Source of the DNA: an uncultured archaeon
GTDB taxonomy: Archaea; Asgardarchaeota; Jordiarchaeia; Jordiarchaeales; Jordiarchaeaceae
DNA: 32,000 nt
NCBI GenBank assembly: GCA_964510585.1
Contig: CAZECW010000033.1
Coordinates: 1-32,000 of the forward strand
Reading direction: 5' to 3'
Part shown: positions 8,128-17,482 of the stretch, one piece after another
How positions within the stretch are numbered: the first letter of the stretch is position 1
How the letters are laid out: the number at the start of each line of letters is the position of its first letter
Notes under the pieces: model-generated
Seen by the model: only the letters and a program-made list of their open reading frames with translations
The model's database searches: none
What the model was told of the DNA's origin: nothing
Translations under genes and position numbers: made by a program

Positions 8128-8778
8128 CTAAAATCGTTCCAAATTGTTTTTAGTCCATTTTATTCCTATATCCAATGCTTTTAGATTCTCTTCCACATCC
8201 CGCATTTCTCCTTCTATAGTTTGCTTTAAGGAATTGTAACTTATAGGGAGGACACCCAACCCCAGCGCCACACCTAGAAGCACCAAATTAGCCTTCTGCG
8301 CATCGCCAACTTCCTCTTCAGCCATTTTGGTAGCATTAAGAGAAACCACCTTATCAGAAAACTGTCTCAAACAAGAAAGGATATCCTCCAACTTGGGGTA
8401 AGTTGCCATCTCAGCCCAAACTGTCACCGGGGGAATAGTATGCTCATTAACAATAAAAACCGTTTTTGAGGAAGCAAACTTTGCATTCCTTAAAGCTTCG
8501 GAAGGCTCTAAACCTATCAAAATATCCGCGTCGCCATAACAAACCGTAGGGGATAGAAGAGAATCTCTCTCATCGATAACCTCGCCTGGCTCCTTTATTA
8601 AAAATCTACAGCAACAGTCAATAGCTCCCTCCCTCTGACTAAGACCCAACTTCTCAGAACCTAATATTACGTCAACTCCTTCTCTAAAGGCTGCAAACTC
8701 AATTATTCTACGTAGAGTGATAACACCCTGTCCTCCAGCTCCAGCAATTACAATATTAACTTTCCTCAACAAGGCCAC
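8128..8778 (-). CDS. iorB: Indolepyruvate:ferredoxin oxidoreductase beta subunit (POR gamma-like family)
   Basis: NIVIAGAGGQGVIT, GLSQREGA, ADILIGLEPSEALR, ANLVLLG. Confidence 0.9.
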   Translation of the reverse strand: MALLRKVNIVIAGAGGQGVITLRRIIEFAAFREGVDVILGSEKLGLSQREGAIDCCCRFLIKEPGEVIDERDSLLSPTVCYGDADILIGLEPSEALRNAKFASSKTVFIVNEHTIPPVTVWAEMATYPKLEDILSCLRQFSDKVVSLNATKMAEEEVGDAQKANLVLLGVALGLGVLPISYNSLKQTIEGEMRDVEENLKALDIGIKWTKNNLERF

Positions 8779-8896
8779 CCCGAATATACAAGTATTTTCA
8801 GCAAGTTTTCGACTGTGTATCCAAATATGAAGCTTATAATTATGTGTTTCGCATTCAAGAAACTTTAAATAATTTTATTCAGGTATGGTCATTTAA

Positions 8897-9901
8897 ATGT
8901 CATCTGAAAAATTTTCAAATGAACAAAGAAAGGTGTCTATCTCCACTCAGAATTACTCAAACAAATTAGATCAGTTGAGAGAAGTAAACCCTGAATTTTT
9001 TGAGTGGTACAGAAAAATTGATGGCTCAACAAAATTTTGGGAGTACATGTTGAAGCCCCTAAGGCAAAGTATTAGGATAAATATTCTTAAAATAAGTGTC
9101 GAAAGTGTTTTAGAAAATTTAATTGAGAATTTTAATGTTGAGCCTGTGCCCTGGTGCCATGAGGGATACTTTGTTTATCCCAAGACGGATGCGGACGAAG
9201 TAATCATTAGTAACACTATGGAGTTCCATCTCGGTCTCATATTTGTTCAGGAAGCTGCTTCTATGATTCCACCCGTAGTTCTTGAGGTAAGACCGGGACA
9301 ATTTGTGCTTGACATGGCAGCAGCTCCTGGGAGTAAAACAACTCATATTGGAATGTATATGAAGAACAGGGGTTGCTTGATTGCCAATGACATAAAGAGA
9401 AACAGATTGAACATTCTCATATTGAATATTCAAAGATGTGGAATTTTGAACGCATATGTTATGATGAAGGATGGTAGATACTTCAATAGATTTGAAAACA
9501 TGTTTGATCGGGTACTTCTCGACGCTCCTTGCTCCAATGTAGGAATGATAAGAAAAAATTTTAGGTATCTAAAATTTTGGAGCAGAGATAAAGTTGAATC
9601 ATTATCACAACTCCAGAAGGAAATGATTTCGGCGGGTTATAAGGCTTTGAAACCTGGGGGGATTCTAGTCTACTCCACCTGCACACTTGAGCCTGCAGAA
9701 AACGAGGAAGTGATTGATTACCTCATATCAAAAACAAATGCCAAAATTGAGGAAGTGAATTTGCCAATTAGAAAGAGAAGAGCCTTCACAAGTTTTGAGG
9801 GAAAAAAGTTTGATAGTCAAGTCCGGAAGTGTCTTAGAATACATCCTCAGGATAACGACACAGAGGGTTTTTTCGTAGCTAAAGTGGTTAAGGAGGGTTA
9901 A
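8897..9901 (+). CDS. RsmB/NOL1/NOP2/NSUN-family RNA m5C methyltransferase
   Basis: VQEAASMIPP, LDMAAAPGSKT, DRVLLDAPCS and LVYSTCT; both catalytic Cys motifs are present. Confidence 0.95.
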   Translation: MSSEKFSNEQRKVSISTQNYSNKLDQLREVNPEFFEWYRKIDGSTKFWEYMLKPLRQSIRINILKISVESVLENLIENFNVEPVPWCHEGYFVYPKTDADEVIISNTMEFHLGLIFVQEAASMIPPVVLEVRPGQFVLDMAAAPGSKTTHIGMYMKNRGCLIANDIKRNRLNILILNIQRCGILNAYVMMKDGRYFNRFENMFDRVLLDAPCSNVGMIRKNFRYLKFWSRDKVESLSQLQKEMISAGYKALKPGGILVYSTCTLEPAENEEVIDYLISKTNAKIEEVNLPIRKRRAFTSFEGKKFDSQVRKCLRIHPQDNDTEGFFVAKVVKEG

Positions 9902-9903
9902 AG

Positions 9904-10362
9904 CTGAATGAAAAGGATATCACACAAAAAGTTTCTGAAATAATAGAGGGAAACTTTGGCGTTCAACCCTCTTTCAAATTTAAAGAGATGGGAAAAAGAA
10001 AAATATACGCATACACTGAGTGTACAAACTTAAACCTTCAAACTGTACACATTATTCACTATGGAGTATATTTTGGAAAATTCGAAAAGGACGGGTTAAG
10101 ATTATCAATTGAAGGCAGCCAACTTATAGGTGAAAAGGCAAAAAGAAATATTGTTGAAGTAGACCATGAAAACGCAGTTAAATGGATGAGGGGAGAAGAC
10201 ATAAAAGTAGAGACTGAAGCTTACGGATACGTGATTTTAAAATGGAAAAACTATTACCTAGGATGCGGAAAAATCAGGAATGGAACAATCATAAATTTTG
10301 TTCCCAAAGACAGAAGAGTAAAAACCCAAGACACTACCCAAACAAATGTGTACAGCGAATGA
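9904..10362 (+). CDS. Nip7-like / RsmF C-terminal PUA-type RNA-binding protein
   Basis: GVYFGKFEKDGLRLSIEGSQLIG, VKWMRGEDI, GYVILKW...LGCGK, INFVPKDRR. The frame is open back to 9892. A CTG at 9904 lies 7 nt after an AGGAGG SD (9891-9896); the ORF-track start at 9988 likely truncates it. Confidence 0.8.
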   Translation: MNEKDITQKVSEIIEGNFGVQPSFKFKEMGKRKIYAYTECTNLNLQTVHIIHYGVYFGKFEKDGLRLSIEGSQLIGEKAKRNIVEVDHENAVKWMRGEDIKVETEAYGYVILKWKNYYLGCGKIRNGTIINFVPKDRRVKTQDTTQTNVYSE

Positions 10363-10430
10363 AACACGTAAAACACGTTTGGCGCTCTACACCACTTTTG
10401 GGGGCTTTTCTGGCCGAAGGTTTTGGACAC

Positions 10431-10997
10431 TTAAAGCTCTTTTTTAAGCAAATCTAGAAACTGTTTAAGTATCATGGCTGTGGCGCCCCAAATCTCGTGC
10501 TTGTTATAATTGTAGAAATAGACGGTAACCTCCTTCCCAAAAAAGTCATGTTGTTCTTCTCTGAAATTCTTATCGTCAAGCAACACGGATAATGGAACCT
10601 CAATGACCTCCTCCAACTCATGTACCTGAATTTTGTAATTAAGTGGAGCACGCTTCAAAAAACCAACAAAGGGGGTGACTATATACCTACTTGTAAATGT
10701 AACTATATCGTCTAGCGTCCCTAAAACCTCGATGTCTTCCCTCTTTATGCCAATTTCTTCAAAAGTTTCTCTAAAAGCAGTGTTTAACAGGGTTCCATCT
10801 TTTTCGTCAAATGCTCCACCCGGAAAGGCTATCTGGCCCTTATGATGTTGAACTTCATTAGTCCTTTTCGTGAAAATAATATAATATTCACCGCCCCTTT
10901 CGAAGAGAAGGAGAAAAACTGCGGCATGACTGAAATTCTGATCAGACAACTCTATTCTTCGACGGTTAGAAAGTAACTTTTTAATCTTCGGTATCAC
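10431..10997 (-). CDS. Nudix hydrolase, CoA pyrophosphatase (NudL/Pcd1) subfamily
   Basis: IIFTKRTNEVQHHKGQIAFPGG, Nudix box TAFRETFEEIG, VTPFVG, IWGATA. GGAGG SD before GTG. Confidence 0.92.
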   Translation of the reverse strand: MIPKIKKLLSNRRRIELSDQNFSHAAVFLLLFERGGEYYIIFTKRTNEVQHHKGQIAFPGGAFDEKDGTLLNTAFRETFEEIGIKREDIEVLGTLDDIVTFTSRYIVTPFVGFLKRAPLNYKIQVHELEEVIEVPLSVLLDDKNFREEQHDFFGKEVTVYFYNYNKHEIWGATAMILKQFLDLLKKEL

Positions 10998-11262
10998 CTG
11001 GGAACGCCTCCATTTAGAAAAGGATGTACATACAAGTATTTGAAACGTTTTTCTTTTTTAGCTAGGTGGGCGCTCGCTGGCAACTGGACAGATATAGATT
11101 TTACTCTATTCCTTTAAACCCACATTTCACTTCTGCGAGGTAGTTTAGATATTGGTGTTCTAAGTATTTGGCTATTTTTGCGTTTTCATCTGTTTAATAA
11201 ATTTCTCTCAAACAAAAGGAGAATTTATGTATATAAAGTTTCACAACCCTATTGAACGGTCC

Positions 11263-13239
11263 TCAAACCTTTGGAATGTAGGTTGTAATGCGTGTTCGGG
11301 CAATGGCACAATGTTTGCAAGCAATTTTGCACACTCCACATTTTGTACATCGGCTCTGGTCTATGTACATAGTTTCCTCATTGTACTCTTCGTCCACCAC
11401 TTTTCGAATCGCTGGACAACCTAGGACTTTAACGCATTCAAGACAGAGCTGGCATCGACCTGGTACAATCCAGAGGAGTTCTTCTGTTTTAAGACCTTCG
11501 ACAGGCTTCTTTTCTCTTTTAAGGCGCCTCTGATATGTTAACATACATTCACGCCGAGAAATAACCACTTTGGGCCCTTTCTGCTTTAAGGCTTCTGTCA
11601 GCACGTTTATTGTGTGGTTCACATCAAAGGGGTCTACGATGCGTACATACTTCACACCCAGGGCTTTGGCGATGTCTTCTATTGGCATTGGTGGAGAGTT
11701 CTCGCCCATGCCCCTAATTTGGGAGCCCGGGTGCGGCTGATGGCCGGTCATCGCGGTCCATCTGTTGTCTAGGACTATGAGTAGAACGTTGGCGTCATTG
11801 TAAACACTATTTACCAGTGCAGGAATTCCAGTGTGATAAAATGTGGAGTCACCCATCAGGGCAATCAAATCTTGGTCTACCTTGAAGCTCATACCGTTAG
11901 CGACGCCCAGGCCTCCCGCCATACATACAATCCAGTCCGTAACTCCTATGGGTGGAAAAAAGCTCATAACATAGCAGCCAATATCCCCGCCATATACTGC
12001 TTGGTCATTTGTTACCTTTCTTATGGCATATAATAGTGCACGCTCTGGGCATCCGGGACAGAATGTGGGTGTTCTTGCAGGGATTATTTTGGATGTTTCC
12101 TGATATTTTTGTAGAATTTTTTGAATGTTTATTTTGGGCTCTTTGCCTAGAACCTTTGTAAGTCCTAGGGCGACATCCCCTACTGATAGTTCTCCATACG
12201 GAGGATAGATCTCTTTTCCAATTATTTCTACGGACAGTTTTTGTTCCTGCGCTATCTTTTTAAGTTGAGTTTCGAGGAAGCTTTCCATTTCTTCTATTAC
12301 CACTACTTTTTCTAAGTTTTGGTCTCTAACGAATCTGGTGAAGAGTTCTTGGGATACAGGATATGTGATTCCCAGCTTAAGTACTGGTAAATCCCTTGCT
12401 TCCAGAAGATTTAGAGCTTCAATTGCATAGCCGTATGGAACCCCACTTGTTACTATGCCAATTTCTGCTGTTCCTGGTAAAATTTTATTTAGCTTGCTGG
12501 TGCAGGACTCTTTTTCTATACTGTTTATTCTTTCTATGAGGCGGACTTTGTTACGGTTAGCGTGGGGCGGAAGTGAGCAGTATTTGGGTATGTCTTTTTG
12601 GAAGTATCCTTTCGCTTTCGGTTTTTCAAGTATGGGTCCGTAGGTTACTTTGCCTCTGCTGTGGGCTATCCTAGTTGTCAGGCGGTATATTACTGGTATA
12701 TCGTGTTTGTTTGAGAGACGGTATGATTCTATTATGAAATCCTTTGCTTCTTGGAGGGTTGAGGGCTCAATTATGGGAGCATTGAGGAATGGCCCATAGA
12801 ATCTGTTGTTTTGCTCGTTTTGGCTGCCCAAAGCTCCGGGGTCGTCTCCGCTCACTATGACCAGCCCTCCCTCTCCGTAGGAGCTGTTAGATCCATTGTA
12901 GCATATTGTTACGAGGGAGTCAATGGCAACATTTATGCCTACGTGTTTACTTACAGCTAGGGCTTTCACGCCAGACCAGCTGGCTCCTGCCGCTCCTTGT
13001 ACAGCGGCTGCTTCATTCACGCTGAATTGGAAGTAGAGTCCCGGAATTTTTGGAGCTATTTCATTGAAGATGTTTCCTATTTCGCTTACTGGTGTTCCGG
13101 GATACGTTGATACATATCCTACTCCCGCTTCTATGGCGCCCCTTGCTACAGCTTCGTTTCCCATGAGTGGGAAGACTTCTCCTTCCCGATCTAGGATTAT
13201 GCGTTGTGAACCTGTTAAGCTTTTTATTCCAACCACCAC
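11263..13239 (-). CDS. iorA: Indolepyruvate:ferredoxin oxidoreductase alpha subunit
   Basis: LMGNEAVARGA, YPGTPVSEI, KHVGINVA, DDPG, PTFCPGCPER, GDIGCY, TPP motif MGDSTFYH...LDNRWTAMTG, and C-terminal ferredoxin Cys motifs. Confidence 0.95.
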   Translation of the reverse strand: MVVGIKSLTGSQRIILDREGEVFPLMGNEAVARGAIEAGVGYVSTYPGTPVSEIGNIFNEIAPKIPGLYFQFSVNEAAAVQGAAGASWSGVKALAVSKHVGINVAIDSLVTICYNGSNSSYGEGGLVIVSGDDPGALGSQNEQNNRFYGPFLNAPIIEPSTLQEAKDFIIESYRLSNKHDIPVIYRLTTRIAHSRGKVTYGPILEKPKAKGYFQKDIPKYCSLPPHANRNKVRLIERINSIEKESCTSKLNKILPGTAEIGIVTSGVPYGYAIEALNLLEARDLPVLKLGITYPVSQELFTRFVRDQNLEKVVVIEEMESFLETQLKKIAQEQKLSVEIIGKEIYPPYGELSVGDVALGLTKVLGKEPKINIQKILQKYQETSKIIPARTPTFCPGCPERALLYAIRKVTNDQAVYGGDIGCYVMSFFPPIGVTDWIVCMAGGLGVANGMSFKVDQDLIALMGDSTFYHTGIPALVNSVYNDANVLLIVLDNRWTAMTGHQPHPGSQIRGMGENSPPMPIEDIAKALGVKYVRIVDPFDVNHTINVLTEALKQKGPKVVISRRECMLTYQRRLKREKKPVEGLKTEELLWIVPGRCQLCLECVKVLGCPAIRKVVDEEYNEETMYIDQSRCTKCGVCKIACKHCAIARTRITTYIPKV

Positions 13240-13325
13240 CGATTACTAAACCAAAAACGTCTAGAGCCTAAAATAAGTTACGCAATAAACCAAACTTTAG
13301 TGAGTTACCTGACTGTTGTTGGAGT

Positions 13326-13355
13326 CTAATAGTCAAAAGGTTTCACGACTATTAG
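13326..13355. promoter_or_regulatory. 9-bp perfect inverted repeat CTAATAGTC-N12-GACTATTAG between larA and iorA
   Basis: Seen directly. Could be a transcript hairpin after larA or an operator upstream of iorA. Confidence 0.35.
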
Positions 13356-13384
13356 GTAAAGAATGGAACGGGTTATGGGTGTAT

Positions 13385-14641
13385 TTAGAAGGGTTTTTCT
13401 ATAGTTGCATCGGGGAAAATTGCCACCTTGGGTTTTCCACTGCTCGTATTTTTTAGTTCTTCCAAAGTTTCTTCCCAAGTTTTGAGCTTAATGGTCTTTT
13501 CGGGAGGTGAGATTTCTAGCCAAGGCTGCTTATCCTGGTATTCTGACATAATTATTATTTTTCCAGCTCTACCAAGCAGATTTGATGGTGGGATATACCG
13601 CTCTCCTCCGATTCTTTTCATACCCCACCTTCCTACAACGTAGTGTGGTACTTGCCCAGTAGGAGTGTTGTAGACTATAACCAATGTTCCTCCCTCTTTA
13701 ATTGCGATAACTGGCCAAATAGCTATTGTCGCCTCGTTGGCTTTAGAGTATGCGTTTGAAATAACTATGTCTGGATTCTGAGGTATCTGCGTTCGGTAGT
13801 GGGTCATTGCTTCCTCCACACCCTTCCTCTGAGCTTCCACAAAGTCTCCCGCATAGATGTCTGTGGAGTTTCTTTTGAAGTCCACGAGAACATTGATCAC
13901 AAAGTCCAACCCAGCCATCCTGGCGGTTTCCTCCGCATCCTGTCTCATAATATTCTCCGCGTTCAACCTCCCATAAGCAAGCTGGCAGGTGGGGTGCAAG
14001 TCCCTGTAGTTTTGAGCTGCAGACCATCCCCCCAAGTCACCATGATTGTAGGAGATAGTTCTTATACTGGTGATGCCCGGCAGAACGATTTTAGCGCCTC
14101 CACCGAAGCCGTATTGTGGATGGGGCACTATACTACCAATACCTATCTTGAAGTCGCAAGCCATGACCTCTGCGTTTACCTCTACGGGATTTCCAAATTT
14201 GGTGTGCCCCAAATAGTTAAGGTTGCTGTGAGGGTTATGGTTGAAGACAGGATACCTCTCAACAACTTCCTCTCCCAGCTTCTTTGAAAAATCTTCTCTA
14301 TTGAAAGTTCCATGTGCCCCATTCGCGCAGATGAACCTTATGTGGTCTTCCCCAATTCCTCCCTTTCTCAATTCCTCGAGAACTAAAGGGACTATTTCAT
14401 GGACTTTTGTGGGTCGGGTCATATCGTCAAAGATTATTACAGCTTCCTCTTTTCCCTCAACTAGCTTACTTAGAGGCTTGGCTCCGATTGGATTTCTCAG
14501 CGCTGAAACAATCTGCTCTTTTCTCAAAGCTGGTTTTTTCTCTCCACCCATGCCGCACACCGTAACATCCCAATCATTTGGTAGCTCTATCTCTAGGAAA
14601 GTATCTCCATACCACGGTTTTTGCGGTAAATTAACCTTCAT
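13385..14641 (-). CDS. larA: LarA-family (nickel-pincer) 2-hydroxy-acid racemase/epimerase
   Basis: IIFDDMTRPT, ICANGAHG, FNHNPH, IVPHPQYGFGGGAKIVLPG. ATG at 14641 follows a GAGGTGA SD. Substrate not determinable. Confidence 0.85.
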   Translation of the reverse strand: MKVNLPQKPWYGDTFLEIELPNDWDVTVCGMGGEKKPALRKEQIVSALRNPIGAKPLSKLVEGKEEAVIIFDDMTRPTKVHEIVPLVLEELRKGGIGEDHIRFICANGAHGTFNREDFSKKLGEEVVERYPVFNHNPHSNLNYLGHTKFGNPVEVNAEVMACDFKIGIGSIVPHPQYGFGGGAKIVLPGITSIRTISYNHGDLGGWSAAQNYRDLHPTCQLAYGRLNAENIMRQDAEETARMAGLDFVINVLVDFKRNSTDIYAGDFVEAQRKGVEEAMTHYRTQIPQNPDIVISNAYSKANEATIAIWPVIAIKEGGTLVIVYNTPTGQVPHYVVGRWGMKRIGGERYIPPSNLLGRAGKIIIMSEYQDKQPWLEISPPEKTIKLKTWEETLEELKNTSSGKPKVAIFPDATIEKPF

Positions 14642-14788
14642 TGATTTCACCTCGAAAATGGGGTTTATCTACCTTAAACCATTCCCATGAGTTTTATTAT
14701 TTGTTCTTACTGAATTTTTTGAAATCAAATGTTAAAAGTAGGTAATAACATTTTTGCAGGAACATCGATATTTGAGCATAAAAATTGG

Positions 14789-15250
14789 TTAAGTCTTATT
14801 TTTTTTAACCTCCATTTCAAAAGTAATAAAAACCGGTTCGAAACCTAGTGGTACAACCAGTTTTGCTATTCGGTCTTTTTCCTTCAAACCGACGTTTATT
14901 CGTATTTTGTCCACTCCGATTTTTTGTAAGATTTCAAGTGCCTTGTCGGCAAGCATTCTGCCTATTCCTTTTCCCTGATAGTCTGGATCTACTATCCAGT
15001 TGTACAGGTAACCCACCATTATTCCTGAAGGCTCCAGTCTTGCCTCAATCATTCCCATACCTACTATTTTATTGTTTTCTTCCGCAACTAGGGTTTGTCT
15101 CTGGAGTCCTGGGCTGAATAATCTAAGTTTATCAGAGTCTTTCCACTTTTTAGCGTCAAACCCTACTCCAATATAGTTGCTCAGTTTTTCCATAAGTTTC
15201 ATTGTTTGCTCATTATCTTTACTTATATAGTTTCGAACTATTACTGTCAA
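14789..15250 (-). CDS. GNAT-family N-acetyltransferase
   Basis: LVAEENNKIVG and acetyl-CoA motif A, VDPDYQGKGIGRML. TTG start. Confidence 0.9.
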   Translation of the reverse strand: MTVIVRNYISKDNEQTMKLMEKLSNYIGVGFDAKKWKDSDKLRLFSPGLQRQTLVAEENNKIVGMGMIEARLEPSGIMVGYLYNWIVDPDYQGKGIGRMLADKALEILQKIGVDKIRINVGLKEKDRIAKLVVPLGFEPVFITFEMEVKKNKT

Positions 15251-15359
15251 TGACCCGCCACCAAAACTACTCTGGAAGGTTTGAGATTTAAAGAGATTAT
15301 AAATCTTTTTAGAATAAAAAATCTATGGGTTAAAATTTTGGAACAAGTCTCTGATAAAA

Positions 15360-16544
15360 TTATTGCCACCATTTGTCAGCTGTGCCATTCTTCGTCGCTA
15401 AACTTTTGTATCCTTTTACCTTATTGAAAGGACAGACTGCAATACAGTTGGAACATGAAAAACCATTTTTTCTCCAAGACTCTAGGCACTTTTCTGGGTT
15501 GATGGGCCATTTAAGTACACCGGGATTATTAGATACACTCGTCGGTCTTTTTGTTCTATCTCCGAAGGAAATGGCTTGGGTTGGACAATTCTCTGCGCAT
15601 CTTTTACATTTTTGGCAGTATTCTGTTACCCCGAAGTCAATGGGTTTATCGTTTTTGAGAGGCATGTCTGTAAGCACTTTACATATTCTAACTGCTGGCC
15701 CGAATTCGGGAGTTATAAGCAGACCACTCCTCCCAAGCTGCCCTAAACCTGCAGATATTGCTAAAGGAATGCTTAAAGCAGTATCATTAGCGCATGGAAT
15801 TGCTGTATAACCCAAACCACGTATAAATTCCGCGACACTGGCTGCTAGAAAAATCATTTGGGAGTAGCCCAAACCAGTAGCCACTTCAGCCAGAGGGGAG
15901 GGAGAATTATGCAGCAATTCTATATTCATTTCTACTGCCATGACCACAGCGTGGTTAACACCTGAGGGAATGATGAATTCTTCACTTGTTTCATCTGGTT
16001 CTGGCACATTCTTGAACACAATTTTTTTGTGCACATTGTTAGGCCTAACCCAGTGATGAGAATAAACCCATTTATGATCAAGTTCACAGATACCAACAAG
16101 ATCCGCACCATAAGTCTTAGCAGCTCTCTTAATAATCATTGACATTTTATCCGGAGTTTCACCCAACTTTTGAAGATTTAAATTATTCTGTTTCATTTTC
16201 CACATCTGAAAAATTCTGACGCTAGAAGGGTTTTTTTCAAAGCTTAAAGGTTTCCAGGAGAGAAGACCCATATTCCCAGTCTCAAACTCTGAAGCAGTGG
16301 TTAGAGCCCACGCACCCTGCATAAATGCATAATCCTTCAAAGTGAATCCAGGATAAAAATGCTTAATCCTATCATCTATGAATTCCAGGATATTGCCTAT
16401 ATTGTCAAAAGCAAGACTACGATCCCACGAGGATCTCGCAAACATATCATATTTCTGATCAAATCGAGTGTAGGAGGAATCTACATCATAAAGATCGAAA
16501 ATCGAAGAAACAGTCCTGATAACCCTTTTAGGCATGCTGACCAC
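15360..16544 (-). CDS. rdhA: Reductive dehalogenase (RdhA-like, cobalamin plus two Fe-S clusters), no Tat signal
   Basis: AAKTYGADLVGI, KWVYSH, AVEM, GLGYSQM, NDTALSIPLAISAGLGQLGRSGLLITPEFGPAVRICKVLTDMPL, CQKCKRCAENCP and C-x10-CSNCIAVCP. No RRxFLK motif. Alternative ATG start at 16535. Confidence 0.88.
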   Translation of the reverse strand: MVSMPKRVIRTVSSIFDLYDVDSSYTRFDQKYDMFARSSWDRSLAFDNIGNILEFIDDRIKHFYPGFTLKDYAFMQGAWALTTASEFETGNMGLLSWKPLSFEKNPSSVRIFQMWKMKQNNLNLQKLGETPDKMSMIIKRAAKTYGADLVGICELDHKWVYSHHWVRPNNVHKKIVFKNVPEPDETSEEFIIPSGVNHAVVMAVEMNIELLHNSPSPLAEVATGLGYSQMIFLAASVAEFIRGLGYTAIPCANDTALSIPLAISAGLGQLGRSGLLITPEFGPAVRICKVLTDMPLKNDKPIDFGVTEYCQKCKRCAENCPTQAISFGDRTKRPTSVSNNPGVLKWPINPEKCLESWRKNGFSCSNCIAVCPFNKVKGYKSLATKNGTADKWWQ

Positions 16545-16569
16545 TTTGAAAACAATAAGAAGGGATACC

Positions 16570-16587
16570 TTTTAAAAATTTTTAAAA
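16570..16587. promoter_or_regulatory. AT-only 18-bp palindrome TTTTAAAAATTTTTAAAA containing a TATA-like box for rdhA
   Basis: Lies 26-43 nt upstream of the GTG at 16544, a spacing compatible with a leaderless archaeal transcript. Low complexity. Confidence 0.35.
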
Positions 16588-16705
16588 AAACTCAAAATTA
16601 GTGATAGTAACAGTTTCACGAATTTAGATGTTCTGGGTAATATGATCTAACTTTTAAAATTAATAAAAAAATAAAAAATAGACAAGATTATGTTAGGCGC
16701 TTTTC

Positions 16706-17041
16706 TTACTTTTTCAGTAACAAGGCGATAAGAGCACCGATTATCTCGAGGATACCTGCAATAAAGCCCAAGTAGCCACCGATACCAGCAATGATTGAGA
16801 GAAGACCTCCGATTATAAGTAGAATTGCGCTCCACTTGATGGCTTTACCGACAAGCAACATAATCGCAAATATCAGAGCTAGAATAGAGCCAATGACGAT
16901 TAAGAGTAGCCAGAGGGTTGGAGGACTAAGCAATGTTTCAATTTTGAACCCTAGCAACATCCAAGCCGCGAGAAATCCTAAGATTGCACCTATTAGTGCT
17001 AATATGCCGCCTATCATGGTTCCTGTAGTTTTTTCACTCAT
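16706..17041 (-). CDS. Small integral membrane protein (about 4 Gly-rich TM helices)
   Basis: 111 aa, almost entirely hydrophobic, with repeated G-x-IL-x-IIG segments. AAGG SD. Confidence 0.85.
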   Translation of the reverse strand: MSEKTTGTMIGGILALIGAILGFLAAWMLLGFKIETLLSPPTLWLLLIVIGSILALIFAIMLLVGKAIKWSAILLIIGGLLSIIAGIGGYLGFIAGILEIIGALIALLLKK

Positions 17042-17283
17042 TTTTCATACCTTCCTTCGATTGTTATTTAGTTGATAGGCAGATATGATTAAATTTAAAG
17101 TTTACCAGCTTCCATATGTGGGTTTACGTTAAATGTCGAAGTCATGTTCCCTATAGTATAAGTCTTATTCACAACGGTGTATAATTGAGCTATAGATTTA
17201 TGATTTTTAGAAATATAATATGTTCAGTTTAAAGATTAATTATAACATTATTATACTCTTGGGATATGACAGAAAATTTCAGA

Positions 17284-17299
17284 ATTAACTATAGTTAAT
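17284..17299. promoter_or_regulatory. Perfect 16-bp palindrome ATTAACTATAGTTAAT; candidate operator
   Basis: Self-complementary. Near the middle of the spacer between the divergent membrane-protein and CCG genes. Confidence 0.4.
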
Positions 17300-17482
17300 A
17301 GAGCATACATTGACCGTGTCTCATAAAAATGGCGTTTATAATTCATTTTCGAGGTCTAGGGCTCTACGAGAAGAATGGGAAAAGAATAATTTTACATCAC
17401 CGTGTCCACTAATCTTTGATAAGTTTTAAAAGAGCCCTGAGCCTCATGTTTTCACCAATTCTCTTAGAGGAGATCTGTAGAC

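Noticed and set aside
8897-10362. Methyltransferase plus PUA-type gene pair
   Set aside because: Corresponds to the known Nop2/RsmF-Nip7 association in ribosome maturation; only the start codon is notable.
14727-14753. AAATGTTA-N11-TAACATTT upstream of larA as a possible nickel-regulator site
   Set aside because: AT-rich, does not match a NikR consensus I can cite, and no regulator gene is nearby.
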